The notes: a model not told the origin generated them from the sequence alone. A DNA stretch of 32,000 bases from Saccharolobus solfataricus (GCF_900079115.1 NZ_LT549890.1:2280001-2312000), one strand, 5' to 3'. Numbered from the stretch's first letter, positions 17,640 to 27,712 are shown. Numbers and translations are program-made.

Positions 17640-18322
17640 AGAGTATGTATGGTTATAATTTTCCTATTAGCTGGTAATGCGACATTATATACCCTAACGT
17701 TTTTCACTACTGATAGTGTCCTTTTTGCGTAATGCGCATGACCATGGATCGCTATATTAGGTAAACAATCTTTTCCCTTTGTTGATAACTCCTCTAATAC
17801 TCTATATCCCAAATGTGGATATACACTCTTTCTTTCACCAAATACTGTTTGAAAGGTAGTAGCGTAATGAGTTAAAAGGATTTTAATATCTGCTTTAGAG
17901 TTGCAAGTCATCTCGGTAATTTTCTCTAACCTCTTCATGTAAAAGTCCTCAGTTATTCCGTTACTCACTTGCCACACTGTTGGCTTTTCTAGAACTCCCT
18001 CACTACCAATTATTATAATTTTTTTATTGTCAATCTCAGTTTCAACCTTACTATCTTCTAACCAGATTATATCGCCATAATTTTCTCTATAATATCTCCT
18101 ATTTTCTATAAAATCTTCATTACCAAAAATTGAGACTATTTGCCTCACCCTATTTTTTAAGGCGTTATATACTGGAGTAAAATGCACATATTCACCTCTC
18201 TCAACTAGATCCCCGGCTAATAGTGCTAAATCAGCTTTAATGTTCCCAAGCTCTCGTACAGCTAAGAAAAATTCGGTTAAATACCTAGGTGAGTGTATGT
18301 CAGAGGTTGATATGATAAGCAC
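17636..18322 (-). CDS. Calcineurin-like metallophosphoesterase
   Basis: 228 aa. It has the ISTSDIHSP, LAGDLVERG, GNEDF and IHGHAHY motifs (the D-x-H / GD / GNH(D/E) / GH-x-H pattern). Confidence 0.8.
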   Translation of the reverse strand: MLIISTSDIHSPRYLTEFFLAVRELGNIKADLALLAGDLVERGEYVHFTPVYNALKNRVRQIVSIFGNEDFIENRRYYRENYGDIIWLEDSKVETEIDNKKIIIIGSEGVLEKPTVWQVSNGITEDFYMKRLEKITEMTCNSKADIKILLTHYATTFQTVFGERKSVYPHLGYRVLEELSTKGKDCLPNIAIHGHAHYAKRTLSVVKNVRVYNVALPANRKIITIHTL

Positions 18323-18353
18323 ATATATACTTTCTGTTCAAAACTTATAAAAT

Positions 18354-19493
18354 GTGGAAGTAGAGGGAATTGCGGATTTACCACTTCACACTGGACACGT
18401 TCCTCCATGGTTAGTTCCCATTATGAAAAGATTGTCTAAGGCTATAGTGGAAATTATGGTTCTTGAATTAGGCCCTCAAAAAGTGGTAGAGAGGTTTTCA
18501 AATCCCTTGTGGTTTCAAGCTTTCAATAACATAATTGGAATGGATTGGGATTCTTCTGGCTCCACCACAGTAACGCTAGGTATTTTGAAGGATATTGTAA
18601 ACCCTAAGGCTCATGGCTTTGCTGTGCTGGGAGGTAAGGGTAAAAACGCTCTAAAAGTTCCGGAAGAAGTTGACGCATTAGTCTTTGATATTGATAGGAA
18701 TAAGATTAAAAATATAAGTAAAATAGTAGCAAAAGTCGATTCTACCTTGGTTCAAGATGGCCATCAACTCTACCACCACTCAATGCTTGTAACTGAAGAC
18801 GGAAGGTGGAGTATAATCCAGCAAGGTATGAATTTAGAAACGAAGTTCGCTAGGAGATACCATTGGAAAGAAACTGAAAATTTTATAGTAGAACCTCATT
18901 CTGCTATATCCGGTATTAAGACTGATATTGCAGTTAACGTAATAGATAAAGAAAAGGATAAGACAAGGAAGTTAATATTAGATTTGTTAAGAGAGAATCC
19001 TAACAAGATAGTCTCTTTATATACTCAAGCAATGGCTATGCTTAAGGGTCAAACAACTTTAGATTTGTGGATAAAAGGTGGATCAATAGCATTTGTATCT
19101 AAAGGGGCAAGATTAATTTATATGAAACCTGTGGATGTTAATAGAATCAAGCAAGTACTTAGGGAAATATATGAGGTTAACCCACTTACATTTGAGGAAG
19201 CACTAGTTAGCGGTTTAGGTCCCTCCACAGCCAGAGCACTGTACTTAGTAGCAGATCTAATATATAATGAGCCACCATCCTATAAAGACCCTGTGAATTA
19301 TCCTTACGATCCATTTAAGTATGCATTTGCTATTGGCGGTAAAGACGGAATACCGTATCCAGTTAATAGGAAAGTAGCTTGGGAGGTGATATTTACTTTA
19401 GAAGATTTTATAACTAGGGCTAAACTTGAGGAGAGTGATAAAAGACTAGCTTTAAGGAGGTTAATGGAACTTTCTAAAGGTATTAAGAAATAG
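18354..19493 (+). CDS. Conserved protein, probably the DUF763 family
   Basis: 379 aa with a GTG start. The N-terminal DLPLHTGHVPPWL and MDWDSSGSTTV blocks resemble what I recall of DUF763. This assignment comes from memory only. Confidence 0.45.
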   Translation: MEVEGIADLPLHTGHVPPWLVPIMKRLSKAIVEIMVLELGPQKVVERFSNPLWFQAFNNIIGMDWDSSGSTTVTLGILKDIVNPKAHGFAVLGGKGKNALKVPEEVDALVFDIDRNKIKNISKIVAKVDSTLVQDGHQLYHHSMLVTEDGRWSIIQQGMNLETKFARRYHWKETENFIVEPHSAISGIKTDIAVNVIDKEKDKTRKLILDLLRENPNKIVSLYTQAMAMLKGQTTLDLWIKGGSIAFVSKGARLIYMKPVDVNRIKQVLREIYEVNPLTFEEALVSGLGPSTARALYLVADLIYNEPPSYKDPVNYPYDPFKYAFAIGGKDGIPYPVNRKVAWEVIFTLEDFITRAKLEESDKRLALRRLMELSKGIKK

Positions 19494-19599
19494 CTATGGA
19501 AGGAATATGAAACGAGCATAAGAATGTCCTTAAAGTTAAATGGGCAACTGTATAAGTAGAAAAGTACTTAAATATAGTTGCTTACAATATTCTCTTAGA

Positions 19600-20262
19600 A
19601 TGTTTAAATTAAAGCTAAATAATAAGGAGGAAGAGATATTCGAGAGAATTACCTTTACTGCTGAACTAATTGGTGAGGCAGTCAAGATTTTGCAAAATGA
19701 AGTTGATCATGTAAGAAAGGGGGAATATGACCAAGTTCCTGCAGATTTAATTAAAATTAAATCTATTCACGAAAGGGCTGGAATGCTACGTGAGGAGATA
19801 CTTTCAACTCTTTATGGAGAAGCATTTTTACCTGATTTTAAGGAATCAATGGTAATGTTGGCTCAAGCTCTTTTTAACACTTTAAGCTCTGTAAAGGATG
19901 CTGCTAGGGCTCTGGGGTCTAGGAAAGTCGATGCTAAATGTATAACAATCCTCTCAGATATGCTAATTACGTATCTAGCATTAGTAAATGAGGCCTCGTT
20001 CAAGATTCATGAATTAACTAGACATCTAGGATCAGATGTTGAAGTTTCATTGAAACTAAGTAGGGAAATACAAGCAATGGAGAGAGAAGGAGATGATATC
20101 AAAGACACTCTTCTGCAGAGACTTTATGAGATAGAGAAGCAGATAGACATTATAAGTATATTACAAATGAAAGACGTAATCATATTCATAGACGATATAT
20201 TAGACTCATTAGAAGATGCTACATTAAGTGTTGAGATATTTTACGCTACCTTAAAGTCCTAA
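19600..20262 (+). CDS. DUF47 / PhoU-like putative phosphate-transport regulator
   Basis: 220 aa counted from the ATG at 19600. A TATA-like ACTTAAATATAG element lies about 26 nt upstream, which suggests a leaderless transcript. The protein is an all-helical, two-repeat, acidic protein of the kind usually paired with PiT permeases. Confidence 0.6.
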   Translation: MFKLKLNNKEEEIFERITFTAELIGEAVKILQNEVDHVRKGEYDQVPADLIKIKSIHERAGMLREEILSTLYGEAFLPDFKESMVMLAQALFNTLSSVKDAARALGSRKVDAKCITILSDMLITYLALVNEASFKIHELTRHLGSDVEVSLKLSREIQAMEREGDDIKDTLLQRLYEIEKQIDIISILQMKDVIIFIDDILDSLEDATLSVEIFYATLKS

Positions 20263-21237
20263 TATACTCTTTATTACTCCGAAGATTGCTAATGAGAGTA
20301 CTATGGCAAAAATTGGGGATGTAGACCAACTTCTGAATATTTGCATCACTTGTTTTTTAACATCTGATGTAAAGCTTCTAAAACTAAGCCCTATTATACC
20401 ACCCACTATAGTTTGGGTAATTGATAGTGGTATTCCTAGAATCGTGAAAATTTCATTTATAACATTACTTCCTATTAACGCTGAGGATGCACCCAAATAT
20501 CCCAATTTAGTTATACGAAATCCTACCCTTATTGCTATTCGTTGACTAGTTAAAACTCCTAACGCTGCAGCTAATCCGTAAAGGGGTATTACAAAATATG
20601 CTGGGGCTGTTACTAACGAGGCAGATACTATTATGCCTATCGCATTGGCTCCCACGATAAATGAGGTGAAGGCTGATGAGAATAGTATAAGATTTCTGTA
20701 TATAGCGATCTGTTTTATAATACGAATTTCACCACTTACAACCTTATTTAGCATTAAATAAAATAGAAGGGAAAATCCAATCGCAATTATTGGTGAGATG
20801 ATCCACGAGCTTACTATCACCCATAATTTTACCCAATCTAACTTTACAAACCCATGTGATATTAAGGTTAGTATAGCAATTGAAGGATAGAACGTTTGAC
20901 TTAAAGAGGAAGGAATACCGGATTTATTTAAATAATAAAAGGTTATTATCGATGATGATAGTGAAGTTAAAATAGCTATTATGACGTACAAACTATTTCC
21001 ATAAACTACCCCATAAACACTATGTAACATGGTTAAACTGCCTAACACTACACCCACAAAGATAGAAATCATATTCAAAATGTAAGCATATCTTTTCTTT
21101 ACGGCATTAGTAGCAAACAATATACCTAGTGATGTCGCGTTATTGTTGGCTCCTATCACGTAACATGATACTAGTCCGACAATAAACAATATGTATTCAA
21201 TAACGGTCTGTGTCGAAATTATTATTGTTATTGCCAT
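20251..21237 (-). CDS. PiT-family inorganic phosphate (or sulfate) permease
   Basis: 328-aa polytopic protein with duplicated GAN motifs (VIGANNNATSLG and VGANAIGIIV), as in PHO4/PitA-type transporters. An alternative TTG start at 21189 would remove the overlap with the RHH gene. Confidence 0.7.
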   Translation of the reverse strand: MAITIIISTQTVIEYILFIVGLVSCYVIGANNNATSLGILFATNAVKKRYAYILNMISIFVGVVLGSLTMLHSVYGVVYGNSLYVIIAILTSLSSSIITFYYLNKSGIPSSLSQTFYPSIAILTLISHGFVKLDWVKLWVIVSSWIISPIIAIGFSLLFYLMLNKVVSGEIRIIKQIAIYRNLILFSSAFTSFIVGANAIGIIVSASLVTAPAYFVIPLYGLAAALGVLTSQRIAIRVGFRITKLGYLGASSALIGSNVINEIFTILGIPLSITQTIVGGIIGLSFRSFTSDVKKQVMQIFRSWSTSPIFAIVLSLAIFGVIKSILGL

Positions 21238-21427
21238 TTCTTTTCAGATACCCTAAATAATAGATTATGGCATCTCTTATAAAATCGCTTCTGTTGGCAT
21301 ACCCTAAGTTCCTTGCAATATTATCTACTTTTCTTATAAATTCGTCCTCCAATTTAAAAGATATCGTCACGGTCCCAGTAATTTCTAGCTCAAATGTCTG
21401 TTCGTCCACCTTTTTCAAAGTCGTCAT
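21197..21427 (-). CDS. Ribbon-helix-helix (CopG/Arc/MetJ-type) DNA-binding protein
   Basis: The 76-aa product runs from the ATG at 21427. VTISFKLEDEFIRKVDNIARNLGYANRSDFIRDAIIYYL fits the beta-strand plus two-helix RHH pattern. The ORF-track N-terminal extension was rejected. Confidence 0.65.
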   Translation of the reverse strand: MTTLKKVDEQTFELEITGTVTISFKLEDEFIRKVDNIARNLGYANRSDFIRDAIIYYLGYLKRNGNNNNNFDTDRY

Positions 21428-21594
21428 GTGAATCATAAATAATATATGATATAAGTACATAAACATTTTGTTTTGTTTTACAATACCATACTTATATAAC
21501 TGCAACTGCTACACTGAAAAATTTTCAACGTATTTGTTTACGGAAAGCAGAGTGATAGTGCTTAAAAACCTTTTACTATAAATTAAATGAGCTT

Positions 21595-23742
21595 ATGAGT
21601 TTAGAATTAGAGTGGATGCCGATAGAGGACTTAAAATTACCTAGTAATGTTATTGAGATAATAAAAAAGAGAGGTATAAAAAAGCTTAACCCCCCTCAAA
21701 CTGAAGCAGTAAAAAAAGGACTATTAGAGGGTAATAGACTATTACTAACTTCACCCACCGGCTCCGGGAAGACACTAATAGCCGAGATGGGAATAATTTC
21801 GTTTCTTCTAAAAAACGGAGGAAAGGCAATATATGTGACCCCACTTAGGGCGCTCACAAATGAAAAGTATTTAACATTTAAGGATTGGGAATTAATAGGT
21901 TTCAAAGTAGCTATGACCTCGGGTGACTATGATACAGACGATGCTTGGCTGAAGAATTATGATATTATAATTACCACTTACGAGAAGTTAGATTCCCTAT
22001 GGCGTCATAGGCCAGAGTGGCTTAATGAGGTTAATTATTTCGTATTGGATGAACTGCATTATCTAAATGACCCCGAAAGGGGTCCAGTGGTTGAGAGCGT
22101 AACAATAAGGGCTAAAAGGAGGAATCTATTAGCGCTAAGTGCTACAATAAGTAACTATAAGCAAATAGCCAAATGGTTAGGAGCAGAGCCAGTTGCAACG
22201 AATTGGAGACCGGTTCCACTCATAGAGGGCGTCATATATCCTGAAAGGAAGAAGAAAGAATATAACGTAATTTTCAAAGACAATACTACCAAGAAAGTTC
22301 ATGGAGATGATGCCATAATAGCATATACTCTGGATAGTCTAAGCAAAAATGGCCAAGTTTTAGTTTTTAGGAATTCTAGGAAAATGGCTGAGAGTACAGC
22401 TTTGAAGATAGCGAATTACATGAACTTTGTAAGTTTAGATGAGAATGCCTTATCTGAAATTTTAAAGCAATTAGATGATATTGAGGAAGGTGGGAGTGAT
22501 GAAAAAGAGCTACTAAAATCTCTAATAAGTAAAGGAGTAGCGTATCATCATGCTGGATTATCAAAGGCATTAAGGGATTTAATAGAGGAAGGATTTAGGC
22601 AGAGAAAGATAAAGGTTATTGTAGCAACTCCAACCTTGGCTGCTGGTGTAAATTTGCCAGCTAGAACAGTAATAATAGGAGATATTTACAGGTTTAATAA
22701 GAAGATAGCTGGGTATTATGACGAGATTCCAATAATGGAATACAAGCAAATGAGCGGGAGAGCTGGTAGACCCGGCTTTGATCAGATCGGAGAATCAATA
22801 GTTGTAGTGAGAGATAAAGAAGATGTAGATAGAGTATTTAAGAAATATGTACTATCTGATGTTGAACCTATCGAATCTAAATTAGGTAGCGAAAGAGCAT
22901 TTTATACATTCTTACTTGGCATCCTTTCTGCTGAAGGTAATTTAAGTGAAAAACAGTTGGAGAATTTCGCATACGAATCTTTGCTTGCAAAGCAATTGGT
23001 TGACGTTTATTTTGATAGAGCTATAAGGTGGTTATTAGAGCATTCCTTTATTAAAGAGGAAGGTAATACATTTGCCTTAACTAATTTCGGAAAGAGAGTA
23101 GCTGATCTATATATAAATCCGTTTACTGCAGATATTATAAGAAAAGGTCTAGAGGGACATAAGGCTTCATGTGAATTAGCTTATCTCCATTTATTGGCAT
23201 TTACTCCAGATGGCCCATTAGTATCAGTAGGTAGGAATGAGGAAGAAGAACTAATTGAATTACTAGAAGACTTAGACTGCGAATTACTAATAGAGGAACC
23301 TTATGAAGAAGATGAATACTCACTTTACATAAACGCATTAAAAGTAGCGTTAATAATGAAGGATTGGATGGATGAAGTTGACGAAGATACAATCTTGAGT
23401 AAATATAACATAGGTTCTGGCGACTTGAGAAATATGGTCGAAACAATGGACTGGTTAACTTATAGTGCGTATCATCTGTCTAGAGAGTTGAAGTTAAATG
23501 AGCACGCTGATAAACTAAGGATTTTAAACCTAAGAGTGAGAGATGGTATAAAGGAAGAGCTATTGGAATTAGTTCAAATAAGTGGTGTGGGTAGGAAGAG
23601 GGCTAGACTATTATATAATAATGGAATTAAAGAATTGGGCGATGTCGTAATGAATCCAGATAAGGTAAAGAACTTGTTAGGTCAAAAATTGGGTGAAAAA
23701 GTTGTCCAAGAAGCTGCAAGATTACTTAATAGATTTCATTAA
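21595..23742 (+). CDS. hel308: Hel308/Hjm Ski2-like DNA helicase
   Basis: 715 aa. It has Walker [10 protein letters not shown], a DELH box, SAT and [10 protein letters not shown] motifs and a C-terminal HhH domain. It matches the S. solfataricus Hel308 sequence as I recall it. Confidence 0.95.
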   Translation: MSLELEWMPIEDLKLPSNVIEIIKKRGIKKLNPPQTEAVKKGLLEGNRLLLTSPTGSGKTLIAEMGIISFLLKNGGKAIYVTPLRALTNEKYLTFKDWELIGFKVAMTSGDYDTDDAWLKNYDIIITTYEKLDSLWRHRPEWLNEVNYFVLDELHYLNDPERGPVVESVTIRAKRRNLLALSATISNYKQIAKWLGAEPVATNWRPVPLIEGVIYPERKKKEYNVIFKDNTTKKVHGDDAIIAYTLDSLSKNGQVLVFRNSRKMAESTALKIANYMNFVSLDENALSEILKQLDDIEEGGSDEKELLKSLISKGVAYHHAGLSKALRDLIEEGFRQRKIKVIVATPTLAAGVNLPARTVIIGDIYRFNKKIAGYYDEIPIMEYKQMSGRAGRPGFDQIGESIVVVRDKEDVDRVFKKYVLSDVEPIESKLGSERAFYTFLLGILSAEGNLSEKQLENFAYESLLAKQLVDVYFDRAIRWLLEHSFIKEEGNTFALTNFGKRVADLYINPFTADIIRKGLEGHKASCELAYLHLLAFTPDGPLVSVGRNEEEELIELLEDLDCELLIEEPYEEDEYSLYINALKVALIMKDWMDEVDEDTILSKYNIGSGDLRNMVETMDWLTYSAYHLSRELKLNEHADKLRILNLRVRDGIKEELLELVQISGVGRKRARLLYNNGIKELGDVVMNPDKVKNLLGQKLGEKVVQEAARLLNRFH

Positions 23743-23879
23743 TCTGCAAAATGGGGAGACATTTATTGTGAGAGACGAATGTGAAAAATTAAAAAAGCTT
23801 AAATTAATTCTTTTAGCCTTAGGCCAAGAGGTACAACTTAAAGATTGTGAAGAGTTAATATGTACAAAAAGGGTTTGAG

Positions 23880-25451
23880 CTATAGAGGTATATTTCCATG
23901 TTTCTTAGGATATCTGAATTCTCTTTTATTTCTTAGTATTTCTAATCCTCTAGATATTACTTTTCTAGTGTCTTTAGGCTCAATAACATCGTCTATAAGA
24001 CCCTTCTCGGCTGCCCAGTAAGGATTCGCGAATAATTTCTTGTACTCGGCTATTTTTTGTTTTAAGAATTCTTCCGGATTTTGCGCATTTTGTATTTCCC
24101 TCCTATATAATATTCTAACTGCACCTTCTGGGCCAGTTACGGCTATTTCTGCAGATGGCCAAGCATAAACTAGGTCAGCACCTAAGCTTTTAATACTCAT
24201 TGCGATGTGAGCACCACCATAAGACCTTCTTACAATAACTGTTATCTTTGGTACTGTAGCCTCAGCAAACGCGTATAACATTTTAGCACCATGTCTTATT
24301 ATCCCTTTATATTCTTGATCTGTTCCGGGTACATAACCAGGCGTATCTACAAGACTTATTAACGGTATGTTGAACGCATCACAGAATCTGATAAATCTGG
24401 CAGCTTTATCCGCTGCATCAATATCTATTGCTCCTCCATAGTATGCTGAATTATTAGCAATAATGCCCACAACGTTTCCATTTATCCTTCCAAACCCTAC
24501 AGTAATATTTTGTGCCCATAATTTGTGAACTTCCAAGAATTCGCTATTGTCAACTATATTATATATTAGGTCTCTTATGTCGAATGGTTTTACTGAGTCA
24601 GTAGGCACTATTGACTCTGCACCTTGTACTTCTCTATCAGCGGGATCACCAGTATCAATATATGGGGGCTCTTCCATATTATTTGAAGGCAAATAGGAGA
24701 GTAACCTCTTAGCTATATTTATCGCATCTTGTTCGTTTTCAGCTACAAAATGAACTACTCCAGACTTGGTTGCGTGAACTATTGCACCACCTAGATCTTG
24801 GTAACTAACTTCTTCCCCTATTGACACTTTAGTAATCTCTGGGCCGGTTACAAACATGTAATACGCGTCTCCTTTTATCATTATTAAGAAGTCGGTTAGA
24901 GCAGGCGAGTAGACAGCCCCTCCAGCTGCCGGTCCTGCCATAATGGTAATTTGGGGAATTACTCCAGACGCCATTACGTTCATCTTAAACACTGCACCAT
25001 ATCCTTCTAGAGATAATGCGCCTTCTTGTATTCTGGCACCTCCGGAATCGTTTATTCCTATTACCGGAGCGCCAACCTTTAGGGCTAGCTCATAAGCTCT
25101 AACTATCTTGTTTGCATGTGTTTCTCCTAGACTTCCTCCGAGAACCGTAAAGTCTTGAGCGTAAGCGAAAACTTGTCTGCCATCTACTTTTCCCCATCCA
25201 GCTATCACTCCATCTCCGTAAAACTTATTCCTATCTAACCCGAATTCTGTTGCTCTAGTAGTGGCAAATGTTAATATTTCATTGAATGTTCCTTCGTCGA
25301 ATAATAGATTTAACCTCTCCCTCGCTGTTAGTTTCCCTTTGCTATGCTGAAAGTTTACTCTCTCCTCTCCTCCGCCTTTATATGCTTTTTCCTTCAATAT
25401 TTTCAGATCTTCTATTAATTTATCCATTGGAGGTTTTTCATATAGAGACAT
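23880..25451 (-). CDS. pccB: Acetyl-CoA/propionyl-CoA carboxylase, carboxyltransferase subunit
   Basis: 523 aa with two crotonase-like CT halves. It has the GGARIQEG and PGTDQEYKGIIRHGAKMLYA motifs typical of PccB/AccD. Confidence 0.9.
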   Translation of the reverse strand: MSLYEKPPMDKLIEDLKILKEKAYKGGGEERVNFQHSKGKLTARERLNLLFDEGTFNEILTFATTRATEFGLDRNKFYGDGVIAGWGKVDGRQVFAYAQDFTVLGGSLGETHANKIVRAYELALKVGAPVIGINDSGGARIQEGALSLEGYGAVFKMNVMASGVIPQITIMAGPAAGGAVYSPALTDFLIMIKGDAYYMFVTGPEITKVSIGEEVSYQDLGGAIVHATKSGVVHFVAENEQDAINIAKRLLSYLPSNNMEEPPYIDTGDPADREVQGAESIVPTDSVKPFDIRDLIYNIVDNSEFLEVHKLWAQNITVGFGRINGNVVGIIANNSAYYGGAIDIDAADKAARFIRFCDAFNIPLISLVDTPGYVPGTDQEYKGIIRHGAKMLYAFAEATVPKITVIVRRSYGGAHIAMSIKSLGADLVYAWPSAEIAVTGPEGAVRILYRREIQNAQNPEEFLKQKIAEYKKLFANPYWAAEKGLIDDVIEPKDTRKVISRGLEILRNKREFRYPKKHGNIPL

Positions 25452-25456
25452 TTATC

Positions 25457-25464
25457 TCACCTCA
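25457..25464 (-). promoter_or_regulatory. Shine-Dalgarno motif (TGAGGTGA) for pccB
   Basis: The minus strand reads TGAGGTGA, then GATAA, then ATG (25451). The motif is complementary to the 16S 3' end, as expected for an internal operon gene. Confidence 0.6.
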
Positions 25465-25475
25465 TAACTGTAAGG

Positions 25476-25985
25476 TTATTTTATAACGACTAAAATATCT
25501 CCCTTTTTTACACCTTGCCCTTCTTTGACAAGAATTTTTTGCACGATCCCACCTATTGGCGATGAGAGAACTGTTTCTGCCTTCATTGCCTCGATTGATA
25601 ACAAAGGTTGACCCTTATTTACTGCATCTCCTTCTTTTACTCTTATTTTAACTACCCTTCCAAATAATGGCGATACTATTTCTCCTTCTTTTCCCCTTAT
25701 AATCTCTTCAACCCTTTCTTCTCCTTTTACCGGGATTTCAGTTACCTTATCTAACCTTAAGAAATCTTGATTGTTGAATATTAAAGTGCCATCTTGTTCC
25801 ATGTAGACATAGTATTTTTTACCATTAACTTCGAATAAATATTCGTTTTCCCTATTGCCGGGCCCTAGATATTTTACCTCGTAAATATTATCTCCTATTT
25901 TTATTTTATCGACATTATTACCGATTTGATCATAAGATACTAGAAACGTATCTCCTAATTCACTATAAATTCTAAATAACCTCAT
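25476..25985 (-). CDS. accB: Biotin carboxyl carrier protein
   Basis: The C-terminal biotinyl domain carries the LLSIEAMKAET biotinylation motif. I chose the ATG at 25985, which forms an ATGA overlap with the accC stop. The ATG at 25991 is equally possible. Confidence 0.85.
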   Translation of the reverse strand: MRLFRIYSELGDTFLVSYDQIGNNVDKIKIGDNIYEVKYLGPGNRENEYLFEVNGKKYYVYMEQDGTLIFNNQDFLRLDKVTEIPVKGEERVEEIIRGKEGEIVSPLFGRVVKIRVKEGDAVNKGQPLLSIEAMKAETVLSSPIGGIVQKILVKEGQGVKKGDILVVIK

Positions 25986-27505
25986 CACCATAACACCTTG
26001 GGAGAGGATTGGGATATAATACCATAAGTTTTCCAATTACTTTTACTAGTTAACACCTTTTGTTCAGTTTTCTTTCTCTTGATTAATCCCCTATTGAAAA
26101 TGGAAATAGCCATTGCGATTTGCATCTCTTGTTCTTCTTTTAATTTGGTCGTAAAGTACTCCATTTTCTCGGATATGTAGGCAGTAGTAAAGTTACCTTC
26201 CCAAAAGTCAGGATCTTGCAAGATCAACTTATACAATGGAATCGTAGTTTTAACTCCTCCTATTTTATAATCGTTTAAAGCCCTCAATCCGACTTGAATT
26301 GCATAGTCTCTATTTTGTCCATAAACAATCAGCTTAGAAACAAGGGGATCATAATAAGGAGGAACCCATGAGCCAGATTCTATACCACTATCTACTCTCA
26401 CACCAGGGCCAGTTGGTTCTCTATAATAGGTTATGTATCCAGATTGGGGTGTGAAATTGTTTAAAGGATCCTCAGCGTTAATTCTAAACTGTATTGCATG
26501 TCCCCTTATTTTCAAATCCTCTTGAGAGAAAGGTAAATATTCTCCAGATGCCAATCTTATCTGTAATTTAACTAAGTCTATTCCAGTTATGAATTCAGTG
26601 ACTGTATGCTCTACTTGAACTCTTTTATTTAATTCTAAGAAATAAAATTCACGGGTAACTGGCGAGAACACAAACTCCATGGTACCTAAAGTAAAGTAGT
26701 TAATTTCTTTCCCAAATCTAATCGATGCCTCAATAATCTCTTTTCTTTCCTCTTCTTTAATGGATGGGGAAGGGGCTTCTTCAATTAACTTTTGATTTCT
26801 TCTTTGAATCGTGCACTCTCTTTCAAAAGCTACCACATAATTTCCATACTTATCTCCTATCAATTGCGTTTCAATATGTTTTGGTTTTATAGCAGCTTTT
26901 TCTATGTAGATTTCGGCCCTGCCGAAGGCTGAGTAAGCTAGTCTTTTGCTTCTTTCAAAGGCCTCAGCTAGTTCGCTAGGATTATCAACCTTTATAATAC
27001 CTACCCCCGCTCCGCCTCCTGCAGCCTTTAGCATTATGGGATATCCTATCTCCTCAGCGATCTTTAACGCTTCATTCACGTTGTCGACTGGTGTCAAAGG
27101 TCCAGGCGATATGGGAACGCCAGCCTTTTTGGCTATCATCTTTCCCTCTAACTTATCCTTTATTTTATTCATTACACTAGCAGAAGGCCCTATGAACGTT
27201 ATTCCAGCTTTTTCAACTGCTTCTACAAAAGACGCATTTTCAGAAAGGAATCCGTAACCTGGATGTATAGCATCTACGTGAGCTTTTTCTGCTGCATCAA
27301 TTATTCTCTCGATATTCAAATAGCTTTCTAAAGCTGGTGGAGGTCCTATCCAATAGGCTTCATCTGCATATTTCACGTGTAGGGCATATTTATCAGCATC
27401 GGAGTATACACCAACTGCCTTCATTCCCATTTCCTTTACAGCTTTCATGACTCTTATAGCAATTTCCCCTCTATTGGCTACGAGCACTTTATTAAAGGGT
27501 GGCAT
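25985..27505 (-). CDS. accC: Biotin carboxylase subunit
   Basis: 506 aa. The N-terminus is KVLVANRGEIAIRVMKA, and the ATP-grasp motifs GGGGAGVG-like and EMNxR-like (ELNKRVQVEH) are present. Confidence 0.9.
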   Translation of the reverse strand: MPPFNKVLVANRGEIAIRVMKAVKEMGMKAVGVYSDADKYALHVKYADEAYWIGPPPALESYLNIERIIDAAEKAHVDAIHPGYGFLSENASFVEAVEKAGITFIGPSASVMNKIKDKLEGKMIAKKAGVPISPGPLTPVDNVNEALKIAEEIGYPIMLKAAGGGAGVGIIKVDNPSELAEAFERSKRLAYSAFGRAEIYIEKAAIKPKHIETQLIGDKYGNYVVAFERECTIQRRNQKLIEEAPSPSIKEEERKEIIEASIRFGKEINYFTLGTMEFVFSPVTREFYFLELNKRVQVEHTVTEFITGIDLVKLQIRLASGEYLPFSQEDLKIRGHAIQFRINAEDPLNNFTPQSGYITYYREPTGPGVRVDSGIESGSWVPPYYDPLVSKLIVYGQNRDYAIQVGLRALNDYKIGGVKTTIPLYKLILQDPDFWEGNFTTAYISEKMEYFTTKLKEEQEMQIAMAISIFNRGLIKRKKTEQKVLTSKSNWKTYGIISQSSPKVLW

Positions 27506-27712
27506 GTTATATTAATATGGTTAGACTGGTTTAAAAGTTTTTAACATTAGGAATTTGAACTTAGTGGATTTTTTAAAAATTTTTCATTATAAAACCCTTT
27601 ATACGTGTAAGAGTTAGATTTTTTAAATTAATTTTCATATGGTATGTAATTTATGCTATCTGTAAAGGAGATTTGTTCAGCAAAATTTTTAATGTAATCT
27701 CTTTTATAATTA

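Noticed and set aside
23693-23878. A 61-aa ORF fills the gap between the convergent hel308 and pccB genes.
   Set aside because: Its first 50 nt overlap the hel308 3' end. It has no ATG start after the hel308 stop, no SD or TATA, and no recognisable motif. The region also contains an AT-rich imperfect hairpin (AATTAA...TTAATT). It is more likely a convergent terminator zone.
8476-26036. Several genes have N-terminal extensions in the ORF track: L13e to 8568, rtcA to 9547, TIP49 from 12020, DUF47 from 19540, RHH to 21505 and accB to 26036.
   Set aside because: The extensions start at TTG or GTG or run into neighbouring genes. They encode atypical sequence, while an internal ATG reproduces the family-typical N-terminus and has TATA or SD support. 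I used the shorter models, though the starts remain unverified.
3164-27257. Many ORF-track entries lie antisense to, or nested within, well-supported genes. Examples are 3164-3400, 4946-5131, 6670-6885, 7693-7914, 8628-9059, 8678-8908, 9141-9530, 10393-10665, 10974-11414, 13300-13497, 15993-16364, 19304-19519, 20303-20545, 21696-21905, 22376-22570, 23201-23446, 25286-25486 and 26946-27257.
   Set aside because: These are shadow ORFs opposite genes with clear family motifs. Their translations are low-complexity (rich in S, L, I, F and P), carry no recognisable motifs and have no room for their own promoter or SD.
27567-27627. An 11-nt direct repeat, GATTTTTTAAA, occurs at 27567-27577 and 27617-27627, exactly 50 nt apart, upstream of the acc operon.
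   Set aside because: It consists almost entirely of A/T homopolymer runs in a spacer with very high A+T content, so a chance match is plausible. It has no flanking structure suggesting a MITE or a binding-site array.
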